Program-made: the position numbers and the translations under genes
Assembly (NCBI GenBank): GCA_050633305.1
Contig: JBOEGF010000032.1
Location: forward strand, 96,001-160,000
Direction of reading: 5' to 3'
Length of the DNA stretch: 64,000 bases
Origin: Nannocystales bacterium
GTDB lineage: Bacteria; Myxococcota_A; Polyangia; Nannocystales; Nannocystaceae
Notes under the pieces: generated by a model
What the model saw: the letters and a program-made list of their open reading frames with translations, nothing else
Told to the model about the DNA's origin: nothing
The model's database searches: none
In this document: piece after piece, positions 19,855-29,010 of the stretch
Layout: each line of letters starts with the position of its first letter
Numbering within the stretch: the stretch's first letter is position 1

Positions 19855-20547
19855 GTGAGTTCGCCCGCCGCGCAACGTTCTCCTCGTCGAGCGCGAAAGT
19901 TCGCTGCCAAACACGAGGCGATCCTCGACGCCGCCATGACGATCGTGATCGGAGACGGTCTCGCAGGACTCACGCTCGGCAAGGTCGCAAAGGGCCTGGA
20001 TGTGGCCGTTGGAGGCCTCTACCGCTACTTTCCGAGCAAGGAAGACCTCGTGGTGGGTCTGCAACGACGGGCCGCCGAACGGTTCGGGATGCGGCTGAAC
20101 AGCCACCTTCCGGCCAAGCCCCCCACCCGCGGGGCCCTCGCCCTGCTTCGCCACGCCTTGGCGCCGTTCGAGTTCTACGCATGCAATGCGAAGGCCGACC
20201 CCCTCGAGCACCGCCTCATGGACATCATGCTCTCGAACCTCGCCCCGGCCCTCGACGAGCACCAGGCGCGGCTCGTCGAAGGCGCGCTCGGGCCGATCCT
20301 CGAGCAGGCGCAGCAGGGGCTCGAACTCGCGTGCGAGAAGGGTGCCCTCACTCCGGGAGACGGTCGGCAGCGAACGCTCCTGCTGTGGAGCGCAACCCAT
20401 GGCCTCGGACACCTCCGGAGTCGCGACCGGCTCGAGAGCGGACCTCACCAGGTCGACGCCCTGCGTCCTGCGATGTTCGAGGCGCTGTTGATCGGGTTCG
20501 GCGCCGAACCGAAACACGCCCGAGCCGCGTCACGGCCCGCCCCGTGA
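19855..20547 (+). CDS. TetR/AcrR family transcriptional regulator
   Basis: HTH signature ILDAAMTIV...LTLGKVAKGLDVAVGGLYRYFPSKEDL. Confidence 0.92.
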   Translation: MSSPAAQRSPRRARKFAAKHEAILDAAMTIVIGDGLAGLTLGKVAKGLDVAVGGLYRYFPSKEDLVVGLQRRAAERFGMRLNSHLPAKPPTRGALALLRHALAPFEFYACNAKADPLEHRLMDIMLSNLAPALDEHQARLVEGALGPILEQAQQGLELACEKGALTPGDGRQRTLLLWSATHGLGHLRSRDRLESGPHQVDALRPAMFEALLIGFGAEPKHARAASRPAP

Positions 20548-20651
20548 ATCCGACTCGAAGAAGCGGGCCGACGCGAGCATAGCGGCCTCCACGCCCCCTA
20601 CGCCCACGTCGGCCCAGCGCAGCCGGAAGCTGCACAACAACCAACGCAAAC

Positions 20652-20684
20652 GAGGCGCCGAGGTTACGGAGAACCTGGCGCCTC
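20652..20684 (-). terminator. Probable intrinsic terminator downstream of the six-Cys precursor gene
   Basis: GAGGCGCC-G-AGGTT / AACCT-GGCGCCTC hairpin, followed on the minus strand by GTTTGCGTT. Confidence 0.55.
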
Positions 20685-20708
20685 AGGAGCGACTGCAATG
20701 CGCGGAGG

Positions 20709-21017
20709 CTACAGCGGCTCGCCGCCCTCAGACGTACAGTCGGCAGCGGTGAGCAGGATCCAGCCCTTGCCCTTGCATTCGTTCAACCCTCCACAGGCGT
20801 GTCCTTTGGAGCCCGCTTCGACGCGGCCGTCGGGGACGTCGCACCCGGATTGACCCGAGCAGTCGTTGGCGCCGAAGCACTTGATCTTGGCAGCGGCCTT
20901 CGCATCGCCTCCGGGCGCTGCTTCGTCGGGGACCGCTGAGGTCTTCTCTTTGTCACAGCCGCCGAGGAAGAGTGCGGCGGCAGCGAGGGCCAGCGTGGTG
21001 GGAATGCTCTTGGACAT
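20709..21017 (-). CDS. Six-Cys bufferin (BufA2)-like RiPP precursor, predicted lipoprotein
   Basis: Lipobox LGGC and core KCFGANDCSGQSGC...HACGGLNECKGKGW...C...GG. AAAGGA RBS. Lies next to DUF692/DUF2063 genes. Confidence 0.82.
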   Translation of the reverse strand: MSKSIPTTLALAAAALFLGGCDKEKTSAVPDEAAPGGDAKAAAKIKCFGANDCSGQSGCDVPDGRVEAGSKGHACGGLNECKGKGWILLTAADCTSEGGEPL

Positions 21018-21038
21018 GGGTCTGGTGTTCCTTTGAGG

Positions 21039-21584
21039 TTACTCGGTGGGGTGGCAGCCGAAGCAGCCGAAGCCCTTGCCCGTCTCGGGGTTGTAGGGCT
21101 CCATGTCGAGCAGCGCCGCCGACTCCGGCACGACCTTCTCGACCATGAACTTGGTGATCGCTTCGTCGTACTCCATCGCGGCGCCGACGGGGTCCTTCGC
21201 ATCGAGGGGGAACAGCGAGTCGGTTGGCATCGCGAAGTTGGTCTCCTTCATGTCGTCGCCATGGCAGGTCTGACACTTGAACCCGGAGAACTGCGCTTCG
21301 TCGTGCGCCTTGAAGGTTTTCTTTTGAGCTTTGAGGAACGTGATCCCCATGTACTCCTGCCGCTGCTTGAAGGACTTGTCTGCCCACTTGACGCCGGGAG
21401 CACCGGGCTCGGTGTCGTCTTCGGCAGGGGTCGCGGCGCCGGCGTCTGCGGCGTCGGGGGTGGCGGGCGTCGCCGGGGTGGCATCGGCGGGCGCAGCTGG
21501 TTGGGCCCCCTTGTCGCAGGCGGACAGGCCCAAGCCGAGGAACGAGGTCAGAAGGATTTTCGCGAGCGGAAGCTTGGCGTGCAT
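21039..21584 (-). CDS. Di-haem c-type cytochrome lipoprotein
   Basis: Lipobox LSAC, Pro/Ala linker, CQTCH and CFGCH, and several Met residues as candidate axial ligands. Confidence 0.82.
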   Translation of the reverse strand: MHAKLPLAKILLTSFLGLGLSACDKGAQPAAPADATPATPATPDAADAGAATPAEDDTEPGAPGVKWADKSFKQRQEYMGITFLKAQKKTFKAHDEAQFSGFKCQTCHGDDMKETNFAMPTDSLFPLDAKDPVGAAMEYDEAITKFMVEKVVPESAALLDMEPYNPETGKGFGCFGCHPTE

Positions 21585-21629
21585 CAAGAACTCTCAGAGG
21601 GTGCGTAGGGTTCGGTCTCGCCAGCCGTC

Positions 21630-21654
21630 AACGTCTGGCAATAGTGGTTGTTAC
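21630..21654 (-). promoter_or_regulatory. Candidate ECF-sigma promoter for the cytochrome-precursor transcript
   Basis: Minus strand reads GTAAC-N16-CGTT, ending 45 nt before the ATG at 21584. Confidence 0.4.
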
Positions 21655-21723
21655 GCGGGCCGAAGCCGACTTTCAACCCACCCGGCGACGCCTGGCCTGC
21701 AACAGCCTGTTACGCTGTCTGCA

Positions 21724-22554
21724 ATGAAGCAGGACCGGCCCAGTCTCGGTCATGGCGTGGGTCTGAGGGTCCCCCACTACGAGAGGGCCCTCGACGGCCG
21801 CCTCGACGTGGATTGGGTCGAGGTGATCACCGAGAACTTTCTCGGCGAGGGCGGCCGGCCCCGTGCAGTCCTGGACGCGACCCGGGCCCAGGTCCCCGTG
21901 GTGCTGCACGGTGTTTCACTGGGTATCGGATCCGTGGAGCCGCTGGATACGGCCTATCTCGCCCAAGTTCGGGCGCTCATCGACCGAACCGAACCGGCGT
22001 GGGTCTCGGATCATCTGTGCTGGGGACGCATCGACGGGCACCACGCCCACGACCTCCTGCCCCTCCCCTACTCCGAGGAAGCCCTGGAGTTGGTGGTCGG
22101 TCGTGTCGGGCAGGTGCAAGACGCCCTAGGCCGGCCGCTCGTCCTCGAGAACGTCTCGAGCTACGTCGGCTACGCGCAGAGCGTGATGCCGGAGTGGGAG
22201 TTTCTCGCCCAAGTCGCCTTGCGCAGCGGCGCTCGGGTGCTGCTCGACGTCAACAACATCGTGGTCAGCGCGAAGAACTTCGGATTCGATCCCGAGGACT
22301 ATCTGGCCGGTGTCCCGACCGATGTTGTGTGGCAGTTCCACCTCGCCAACCACACCGATCGCGGACACTACAAGTTCGACAGCCACAAAGGTGCGGTCTC
22401 GGATGAGGTCTGGAGCCTCTACCGCCTCGCAGTCCGGCGTTTTGGCGAGGTCTCGAGCCTCATCGAGTGGGACGAAGACGTGCCTGCTTGGGACATCCTC
22501 CGGGACGAGTCGCGCAAGGCGAGAACGATCGCAGACGTGGAGCTTGGCCGATGA
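21724..22554 (+). CDS. DUF692 multinuclear non-haem iron oxidase (MNIO, BufB-like)
   Basis: [62 protein letters not shown] and IEWD. Confidence 0.95.
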   Translation: MKQDRPSLGHGVGLRVPHYERALDGRLDVDWVEVITENFLGEGGRPRAVLDATRAQVPVVLHGVSLGIGSVEPLDTAYLAQVRALIDRTEPAWVSDHLCWGRIDGHHAHDLLPLPYSEEALELVVGRVGQVQDALGRPLVLENVSSYVGYAQSVMPEWEFLAQVALRSGARVLLDVNNIVVSAKNFGFDPEDYLAGVPTDVVWQFHLANHTDRGHYKFDSHKGAVSDEVWSLYRLAVRRFGEVSSLIEWDEDVPAWDILRDESRKARTIADVELGR

Positions 22555-23369
22555 CACTCGCGCAGCTTCAGGCGCTGTTTTGGGAGGCGATCCGGTGGCC
22601 CACCGGCGTCGAGGATTTCCTCGCCCAGGCCAGCGTAGAGACCCGCCGAGCGTTCTCGGAGACATTTTCGGAGACTCCCGTGTTTGCCCGCGCGGCGCGG
22701 GTACAGGTCTACGCCGAGGCCTACTTCTGGCGCCTGTACGAGGTCGCCGTCGACCAGCACCCCGTCACGGCATGGCTGCTGGGGGGTCCGCGGTTCCACG
22801 ATTTCGTGACCGACTTCGTGCTCGCATCGCCCTCGAACACCCCCGACATCCGCCGGTTCGCGGCGGGACTGGCCGCCGCGATACGCAGCCACCCCCTGGC
22901 ACAGGCTCACCCGGGGATCGCCGATGTCGCGGCCGTGGATTGGGCGATCAACGACGCCGTCGACATGCCCAACGAAGCCCGCCTCACCGCGCATGCTCTT
23001 CAGGCGGTGCCTCCCCAGGCTTGGCCGACTGCGCGCTTCGGACTGACGACCACCGCGTCCCTTCACGCGTGCGCGCTGCCCTACTCGACACTTCGGCGTG
23101 CGTGGGCCCAGGAGCAGCCGGTGCCTGAGTTCGACGCTACGCCGCGCACGGTCTTGGTTTGGCGTCAGGCCGACCACGACGTCTACCAGCGCACGCTCGG
23201 CGACCCCGAGGCCCGAGCCCTGGCGAGCATCCGCAACGGCGGGACGTTCGCCGAGGCGTGTGATGCCGCGGCCGGGCCCCACGCAAACGAAGCGTCACCG
23301 GCCGACGTCGCAGGATGGCTCCAACGATGGCTCGGCGACGAGCTCCTCGTCTCGCTCGACTATTCGTAG
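22551..23369 (+). CDS. DUF2063 / BufC-like MNIO partner protein
   Basis: ATGA overlap with the DUF692 gene, TLAQLQALF...[13 protein letters not shown], and C-terminal LVWR...WLQRW. Confidence 0.85.
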   Translation: MTLAQLQALFWEAIRWPTGVEDFLAQASVETRRAFSETFSETPVFARAARVQVYAEAYFWRLYEVAVDQHPVTAWLLGGPRFHDFVTDFVLASPSNTPDIRRFAAGLAAAIRSHPLAQAHPGIADVAAVDWAINDAVDMPNEARLTAHALQAVPPQAWPTARFGLTTTASLHACALPYSTLRRAWAQEQPVPEFDATPRTVLVWRQADHDVYQRTLGDPEARALASIRNGGTFAEACDAAAGPHANEASPADVAGWLQRWLGDELLVSLDYS

Positions 23370-24205
23370 GCGCAACTCGAACGAACCTGCCCCGCCAACG
23401 CGGAAGCCTTGTGCCGCGCCAAGAACCGGTCCGCGGCTTTGCGAGCCGCATCGGTGCGACCCAGCTCGCACAGCACACGAACCTCGAGTGCCCGGCGGAC
23501 CTCCACGAGTTCCCCCTTGGGGTGCCGCTTGGCATGAAGACGCAAGGCCGCCAAGGCCTCAGTGTTGCGGCCGCCCGAGCTCGCAACACGTGCCTTGCCG
23601 AGCAGCGCGGACTCGGCCGCGAGCGCCGATGCGGTGGGGGGTTCGGACTCCGGACGGTGCCTACGAGGACGAGCCTTCGCCTTGGGGGCCCGCGGCGCAG
23701 CGGTGTCGACCTCGGACGTCTCGGTCACCTCCGGTGTTTCGATGACCGAGAGGATCTCGACGTCGTCCTCGACCACCGGCTCCGGCGTCTTCGTGCGCAG
23801 CTTTGCCCCTCGTTCAGGCTCTGCCTTCGGGCCGGCTTCGACTGCGACCGCTTGGGTCGTGACCTGTGGTTCGGGAGGCGAAGCAACCGTAACAACACCG
23901 ACGCCCACTCCCGCCGTCACCGCCAGGACGGTCGCGACCTTCGCCACCGTCAGCGCAATCGAGGTCGTCGCAGCGCTCGATGCTGCCGCTGTGGACACCG
24001 CGGCGGTCGAAGCAGCGGCCGTCGACACCGCTGCCGTCGAGGCCGACGCGGTCTTGGCCCCAACCGTAGCCGCCGCCATCCCCAACACCGCGGCCCCGCC
24101 AGCCTGTGCCGCGATCTTCCCCCACATGCGCGTCTCCGCTTCGGGCGGGGGTGCTTGGTCGTCCAGCGACTTCGCCGCCGACACGAGTTCATCGAGTTGA
24201 GTCAT
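23360..24205 (-). CDS. Putative anti-sigma membrane protein with a C-terminal TPR-like helix pair
   Basis: ATGA overlap with the ECF gene, STAA repeats, one TM segment and ALAAESALLGKAR...HPKGEL. Confidence 0.65.
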   Translation of the reverse strand: MTQLDELVSAAKSLDDQAPPPEAETRMWGKIAAQAGGAAVLGMAAATVGAKTASASTAAVSTAAASTAAVSTAAASSAATTSIALTVAKVATVLAVTAGVGVGVVTVASPPEPQVTTQAVAVEAGPKAEPERGAKLRTKTPEPVVEDDVEILSVIETPEVTETSEVDTAAPRAPKAKARPRRHRPESEPPTASALAAESALLGKARVASSGGRNTEALAALRLHAKRHPKGELVEVRRALEVRVLCELGRTDAARKAADRFLARHKASALAGQVRSSCAYE

Positions 24206-24735
24206 CCCGCAGCCATCCTTTTTCGTCCCTCTCGTTGCGACCGGACCCGCAGTCGCTCGGTGGCCCGCTCCAGATGCTCACGCGCTCGGCGAAGTCTGGA
24301 GTAGACGGTGTTGATTCCGGCCCCTGTGGCCTCGGCGACCTCGGCGGGGGACAGTCCCTCGAGTTCGGCCATCACAAAAACGACACGTTGCTCTTCGGGC
24401 AGCTCGGCGAGGAGTTCCCCCAGCAAGCGCGCAGCTTGGACCCGCTCGGCGTACGCGTCCGGCCCCGCAGGACTCTCCGCGGGTGTTTGCGCGGTGCGGG
24501 CTTCCTTCACCCGGCGCCGGTGGTCCTCTTGCGCCACTCGAAACGCGATGCCGTACAACCACGTGCGAATCGAGGAACGCCCCTCAAACGCGGCGAGCTG
24601 CCGGCCGACGACGATGAAGACGTCCTGCACGACGTCTTCGATCCGAGGGTCGGGGATCCCCATCTTGCGGACCGACCGCCAAACGAAGCGCCAGTGCGCC
24701 TCATAGACGCTACGCAGCGTCGGCGCGTCACCCAC
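24202..24735 (-). CDS. ECF RNA polymerase sigma factor
   Basis: Region 2 (EDVVQDVF...FEGRSSIRTWLYGIA) and region 4 (LPEEQRVVF...GLSPAEVA...NTVYSRLRRAR). Confidence 0.92.
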   Translation of the reverse strand: MGDAPTLRSVYEAHWRFVWRSVRKMGIPDPRIEDVVQDVFIVVGRQLAAFEGRSSIRTWLYGIAFRVAQEDHRRRVKEARTAQTPAESPAGPDAYAERVQAARLLGELLAELPEEQRVVFVMAELEGLSPAEVAEATGAGINTVYSRLRRAREHLERATERLRVRSQREGRKRMAAG

Positions 24736-25672
24736 CGCTCGCCTCCCAGAGCCGAACTTGAATCCCGACGGTGACCCGAGCGGCCACGGGGCCCTGTGTG
24801 ACCGCCCCGTCGGCGCCCTCCACCACAAATCGAGGACGATACAGCCCCACGAGCATCGCCGGCTCGAGCCACAACCCGAACCGCTCCGTTGCCCACCACC
24901 CCAGGCCCGTCGACACGACGGCATCCACAGCCAGGCGACGCGCAGCCTGGGTTCGGTCGACGGCCACGCCCTGCGCTCGTACAACCCCGACCCCCACACC
25001 ACCGCAGCCAAAGAGGTCGACCGACGCGCGTCGGAACGAGGGGCATGCTCTGGCCTCCGCACCGACCGAAAGCAGAGATGCGGCGACATCACCATCTCCC
25101 AGTGAGATCGGCGCCCACCCGGAGAACGTCCCGCCCAGCTCCAGCCGCACGCTCCCGACCGAGAAGGAACCCGCGAGGCCGGCGGCACCTCCAGGTTGCG
25201 GATACGTGGCCACCACAGCCCCGCCACTCGCCCGTAAATCGAACGCGCGTCGAGGCTGGCTACGTTCCACCGTCCTCTCGACCGCGGGCGCCGGCTCAGC
25301 TTCGACCGCGGCTTCAGCCTCGAACTCAGGTTCGGGTTGCGGTTCGGGCGCGCCGCCGACCATCGCCGCGGGGTCGACCGCCATCGCGACGTAAAGCGCA
25401 GCGGAGTCGACAAGCGGATCACAACTGGGGGCCGACAGACGTCGCTGCGTTGAACCGTCGGCCGTCTCGACCACCAAGGTCAGTCCGTAGCCCTCGGCGG
25501 TTTTCTCAATGCGGCCCTCGACACGGACCACCGACCAGTCAGGATCGGCGCCGCCGAGCAGACGGCGGACCTCGCCTTGAAGGGCCGCCTCCGAAGGGCA
25601 CGCGGTGGGCACGTCCCACCGCACCGCGTCGGCGTCTCCCGCCACGGCCTGCATCAACATCCAACCAGCCAT
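24728..25672 (-). CDS. Hypothetical exported protein with a C-terminal beta-strand-rich (barrel-like) domain
   Basis: N-terminal WDVPTACP...RRLSAPSCD domain, Pro/Glu linker and amphipathic strands. Overlaps the ECF start. Confidence 0.6.
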   Translation of the reverse strand: MAGWMLMQAVAGDADAVRWDVPTACPSEAALQGEVRRLLGGADPDWSVVRVEGRIEKTAEGYGLTLVVETADGSTQRRLSAPSCDPLVDSAALYVAMAVDPAAMVGGAPEPQPEPEFEAEAAVEAEPAPAVERTVERSQPRRAFDLRASGGAVVATYPQPGGAAGLAGSFSVGSVRLELGGTFSGWAPISLGDGDVAASLLSVGAEARACPSFRRASVDLFGCGGVGVGVVRAQGVAVDRTQAARRLAVDAVVSTGLGWWATERFGLWLEPAMLVGLYRPRFVVEGADGAVTQGPVAARVTVGIQVRLWEASGG

Positions 25673-25733
25673 CCAAGCTCCGTGCGCCGCTGCACCCTCC
25701 CCACGCCAAGGGTATCGCGTATGAGCAGTGCGC

Positions 25734-27155
25734 TCACGTCGTCAACAACTCGGGGATAGCGCCTGGGGCGAAGCCCCCCAGTCCAAATTCGTCGACCGGT
25801 GCACCGCCAGCGTCGGTGACGCAGGCCATCTGCAGCAGCGAGTTGAGCACGCGGTTGACGTTCTCTCCCGAACCATCGAAGTGGTACTGACGCCGCCCAG
25901 GCCCGCTTCCGCCAGCGATCAAGAAACACAGGTCCGATGCTCCGTGGCCGTCCCCTTCCCCGAGGTCGGAGCCGAGCACACACAGGCTGTTGTCGAGCGC
26001 GGTCTGTCCATCGGGTCCCTCCACGATCGCGTCGAGCTCGGCGCACAGCTGAGCGAACTTCTCGACGAAGAACCGCAGACCTGTGACGCGGACCTCACCG
26101 TCCTTCTCCCAACCGTCCGAGGCGTGCACCACGGGGTGGTGCCAGTCCTGCACGGTGGCCACGGCGTCGTCGACCAACGGGATCCCGAAGAACGGGTTCT
26201 GCTGCTGGAAGAATTCCAAACGACCCACCGGAGCCACGCGACAAGCCATCGCGTGGGCCATCAGCCGAATCTGGATGTCAGCGTAGTCCCCCATCGACCA
26301 GTCCGCGTACGCCTCGGGGTCTTCGGAAGGGGCGTCCGGGATCGTGCACGCCAGCGGCGGCGGCATGTCGAGCTCGATGTCGCGGATCTTGTCCGCGTGG
26401 TCATCGAGGACGGCGCGGTCCGCTGACGAGAGCCCCTGCCGCAAGTCGACGAAGCTGTCCCGGACCGCGTCCAACACGCTCTTTCGGCGCCGCTGCAACG
26501 TCAGCAGAGACTCGTCGACCTCCCCATCGGGCATGACGCCTGAGAAGAGGCTTGCGAACGCCAAACCGGGGTTCGCTTGCAGGGTGACTGGGTTCTCCGG
26601 CGCCTCGTAGAAGAACTCGCTGTCGACATTGTCGGCCAGCTGGCGACCCGCAACGCCGAGATCCACCGAGGGGCGCAGGTGCGAGCCATCGCTGAGGAAC
26701 TCGCCGATCACATGGTCCACGGACGGACCGTTGGCGGTGCGCTGGTTGCCATCGGGCGACTGCTCCACGACGTTGTCGATGTGGTTCTCGCCGCTGGCCC
26801 CGAACGCGTGCCGCATCAGCGTTCCGGTGAAGACCGACTCTTTCTTTCCCGGGTGGCCGTAGACGTATCCCGACCCGCCGACGTTCAGCACCGCGTTGGG
26901 ACAACTGCTCACCACAAGCGTGCGGTCCTTGAACGGCTCCATCGACGCCGTGATCGGGCCAAAGTCAAAACTCGACCCGGTCGCTGTGGGCCGGAAGAAC
27001 GGGACGTGGGTCCCCATCGGGTAGGCCATCGAGATGACTCGGCGAGGCCCGTTGGGGTCGCCGGCCGCCCGCGCCTCATCAGCGGCGAACCTGGACAACA
27101 TCGGCAGGCCCACCGTCAGGCCACACGCACCTTGCAGGAATCTTCGTCGTCTCAT
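25734..27155 (-). CDS. DUF1552 domain protein with a Tat signal
   Basis: MRRRRFLQG twin-arginine signal, GPSVDHVI, RRKSVLDAV, LDDHADKIRDIE and LDNSLCVLGSD...H. Confidence 0.85.
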   Translation of the reverse strand: MRRRRFLQGACGLTVGLPMLSRFAADEARAAGDPNGPRRVISMAYPMGTHVPFFRPTATGSSFDFGPITASMEPFKDRTLVVSSCPNAVLNVGGSGYVYGHPGKKESVFTGTLMRHAFGASGENHIDNVVEQSPDGNQRTANGPSVDHVIGEFLSDGSHLRPSVDLGVAGRQLADNVDSEFFYEAPENPVTLQANPGLAFASLFSGVMPDGEVDESLLTLQRRRKSVLDAVRDSFVDLRQGLSSADRAVLDDHADKIRDIELDMPPPLACTIPDAPSEDPEAYADWSMGDYADIQIRLMAHAMACRVAPVGRLEFFQQQNPFFGIPLVDDAVATVQDWHHPVVHASDGWEKDGEVRVTGLRFFVEKFAQLCAELDAIVEGPDGQTALDNSLCVLGSDLGEGDGHGASDLCFLIAGGSGPGRRQYHFDGSGENVNRVLNSLLQMACVTDAGGAPVDEFGLGGFAPGAIPELLTT

Positions 27156-28867
27156 TCCCCACCTCCATCACCGGTGTTACGGAACCGGAACCCGTCCGAC
27201 ACTGCGATCGCGATGAGGAGTTCACGAACGTCGCCCTCACTCGCTGAAAACGCGGTCCGAATCTCGTCCAACGAACAGGAATCGAGCTCGGTCTCCCGCC
27301 GCCCCATCGCGTAGCGGTACCAGTGCGTCGCGTAGCAGTCCTGCGCCAGCTCGGACTCTGCGAGCGCCACTACGAGCTCGGACGCGTTGGTGAACGACCC
27401 GGCAAACACGGCGATGTCGATGTCGACCGCCGTGTCGATGTCCGCGCCGTTCTCTTGGGTCCGATGAGCGCCGACCCAGTCGTACGCCTCGAACGGAAAC
27501 CCGAACGGGTTGAGACCAATGTGGCACCCAGCGCAGGAAGGCTCGATCATCAGCGGCTCGAGTCGCTGGCGTGCGGTCGGCAGGTCGCCGTACTCGCCCA
27601 GCGTCCCTTCGATGTCGACATCCCCTGGAAATGCGGGGACCTCGAGACACAGCACGTGCTGGCGGACGAACGCGCCCCGCTCGACCAGCGACGTGGAGTC
27701 GCTGTGTGCAGCCGATGCCATGGCCGCCGCTGTGGTCAGCAACCCACGTCGCGGAGAGGTCCCCGGGTCCCCCGCGTTGTAGATCGCGTTGAGACGGCCA
27801 TCGCTGGGGAACGCCTCGGTCGTCAGCAGCGTTCGAAACGAACCGTCGGTCTCATCGATGAACCATTGGCCGAACGCACGCAGTTCCTCGGACATCGCCG
27901 CGCGAGCCTCCTCGTCCCACAACGCGTGGTTGCGCTCCGCTCCATCGAGCGAGAAGCCGCGAAGCCACTCGTGGTGGAACGTCGTCATCGCGTTCGAGAC
28001 CTCGGAGGATGCGGAGAGCCTTCGCGCCTGCTCTTCCACCCCCTCGCGGGTCAACAACCGACCGTCGGCAGCCGCGGCAACCAACTCGTCGTCGGGGAGT
28101 CCACCGGTGAACAGCAGCGAGAGACGTGTCGCGACCTCGTGCCCGGACAGGGCGACCACCATGGGGTCGTCGGTGGGAAGGCCCGGCTCGGTCACGTACA
28201 GCAGCGCCGGAGCCTGGAGAAAATACTGCAAGACCGCGGCGAGCGCCTCTTCCACTCCATCCTCGTCCCGGACCCCCGCGTAGAGGTCCAACACCAGGGC
28301 TCGCTCGGCGTCGGTCGGCGGCCGCCGGAACGCCCGCGTCGCAAAGTCTTCGACGAACGACGGCATGCATCCGTCGACCACCTCAGCCGAGAGGCCCTCG
28401 GAGACACACGGGATGAGCATCGGAGCGAGCGTGCTCAGGTCCTCTCGGAAGAGGGTCGCGATCGCCTCCGCGTTGTCCTCGATCTGAATCGACTCCGCGG
28501 TCGAGACCGTGTTCGCGCTGGCGAACGTCGTGAAGTTGTCGTCGATGCGCGTCTCGGGGAAGGCATCGATCTCCCGCGCCGCGGCCGCCAACGGCCCGGG
28601 TAGAAGACCCTCGACGACCTCCCAGTACTGAGCCCCGGACAGTCGCCGCAGGGGCTGCGCCCCCACGCTTTCGCAGGTGAGCGAGGGCGGTTGGTCCGGG
28701 TTTCCTGTTCCTTCACCGGAACCGCTCTCGGTGGGTCCCATGGGCCCGTCCGTTTCGGCGCCACCCTCAGTCCCCGATTCCAGCGCCACGCCCTCGTAGC
28801 AGCCACCGACCCAAAGTGCGAGACCGCTCACTACCCAAGTCGCGGCCGCGCTCCGTACCCCTCGCAT
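27152..28867 (-). CDS. DUF1592/DUF1588/DUF1595/DUF1585 family lipoprotein with one CxxCH
   Basis: LRRLSGAQY, RAFRRPPT, LQAPALLY, SLVERGAFV, CAGCH and YRYAMGR. ATGA overlap with the DUF1552 gene. Confidence 0.88.
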   Translation of the reverse strand: MRGVRSAAATWVVSGLALWVGGCYEGVALESGTEGGAETDGPMGPTESGSGEGTGNPDQPPSLTCESVGAQPLRRLSGAQYWEVVEGLLPGPLAAAAREIDAFPETRIDDNFTTFASANTVSTAESIQIEDNAEAIATLFREDLSTLAPMLIPCVSEGLSAEVVDGCMPSFVEDFATRAFRRPPTDAERALVLDLYAGVRDEDGVEEALAAVLQYFLQAPALLYVTEPGLPTDDPMVVALSGHEVATRLSLLFTGGLPDDELVAAAADGRLLTREGVEEQARRLSASSEVSNAMTTFHHEWLRGFSLDGAERNHALWDEEARAAMSEELRAFGQWFIDETDGSFRTLLTTEAFPSDGRLNAIYNAGDPGTSPRRGLLTTAAAMASAAHSDSTSLVERGAFVRQHVLCLEVPAFPGDVDIEGTLGEYGDLPTARQRLEPLMIEPSCAGCHIGLNPFGFPFEAYDWVGAHRTQENGADIDTAVDIDIAVFAGSFTNASELVVALAESELAQDCYATHWYRYAMGRRETELDSCSLDEIRTAFSASEGDVRELLIAIAVSDGFRFRNTGDGGGE

Positions 28868-29010
28868 GGTGGTGGGTGGTGGCCGGCGGTCCGTTTCATC
28901 CCCCGAATCACACCAGTGCCGACCCGGTAACCGGCATCACCGGACACTCTTTCGAGGCCGTGGCAGCACACATCTCCGCACCTCGGTCCTGAGCTCCGGC
29001 CGTGTGGGGT

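Noticed and set aside
23970..24050. STAAV/STAAA repeats in the anti-sigma candidate and 9-bp in-frame repeats at 2445 and 29827
   Set aside because: They are ordinary low-complexity linker expansions with no effect on frame.
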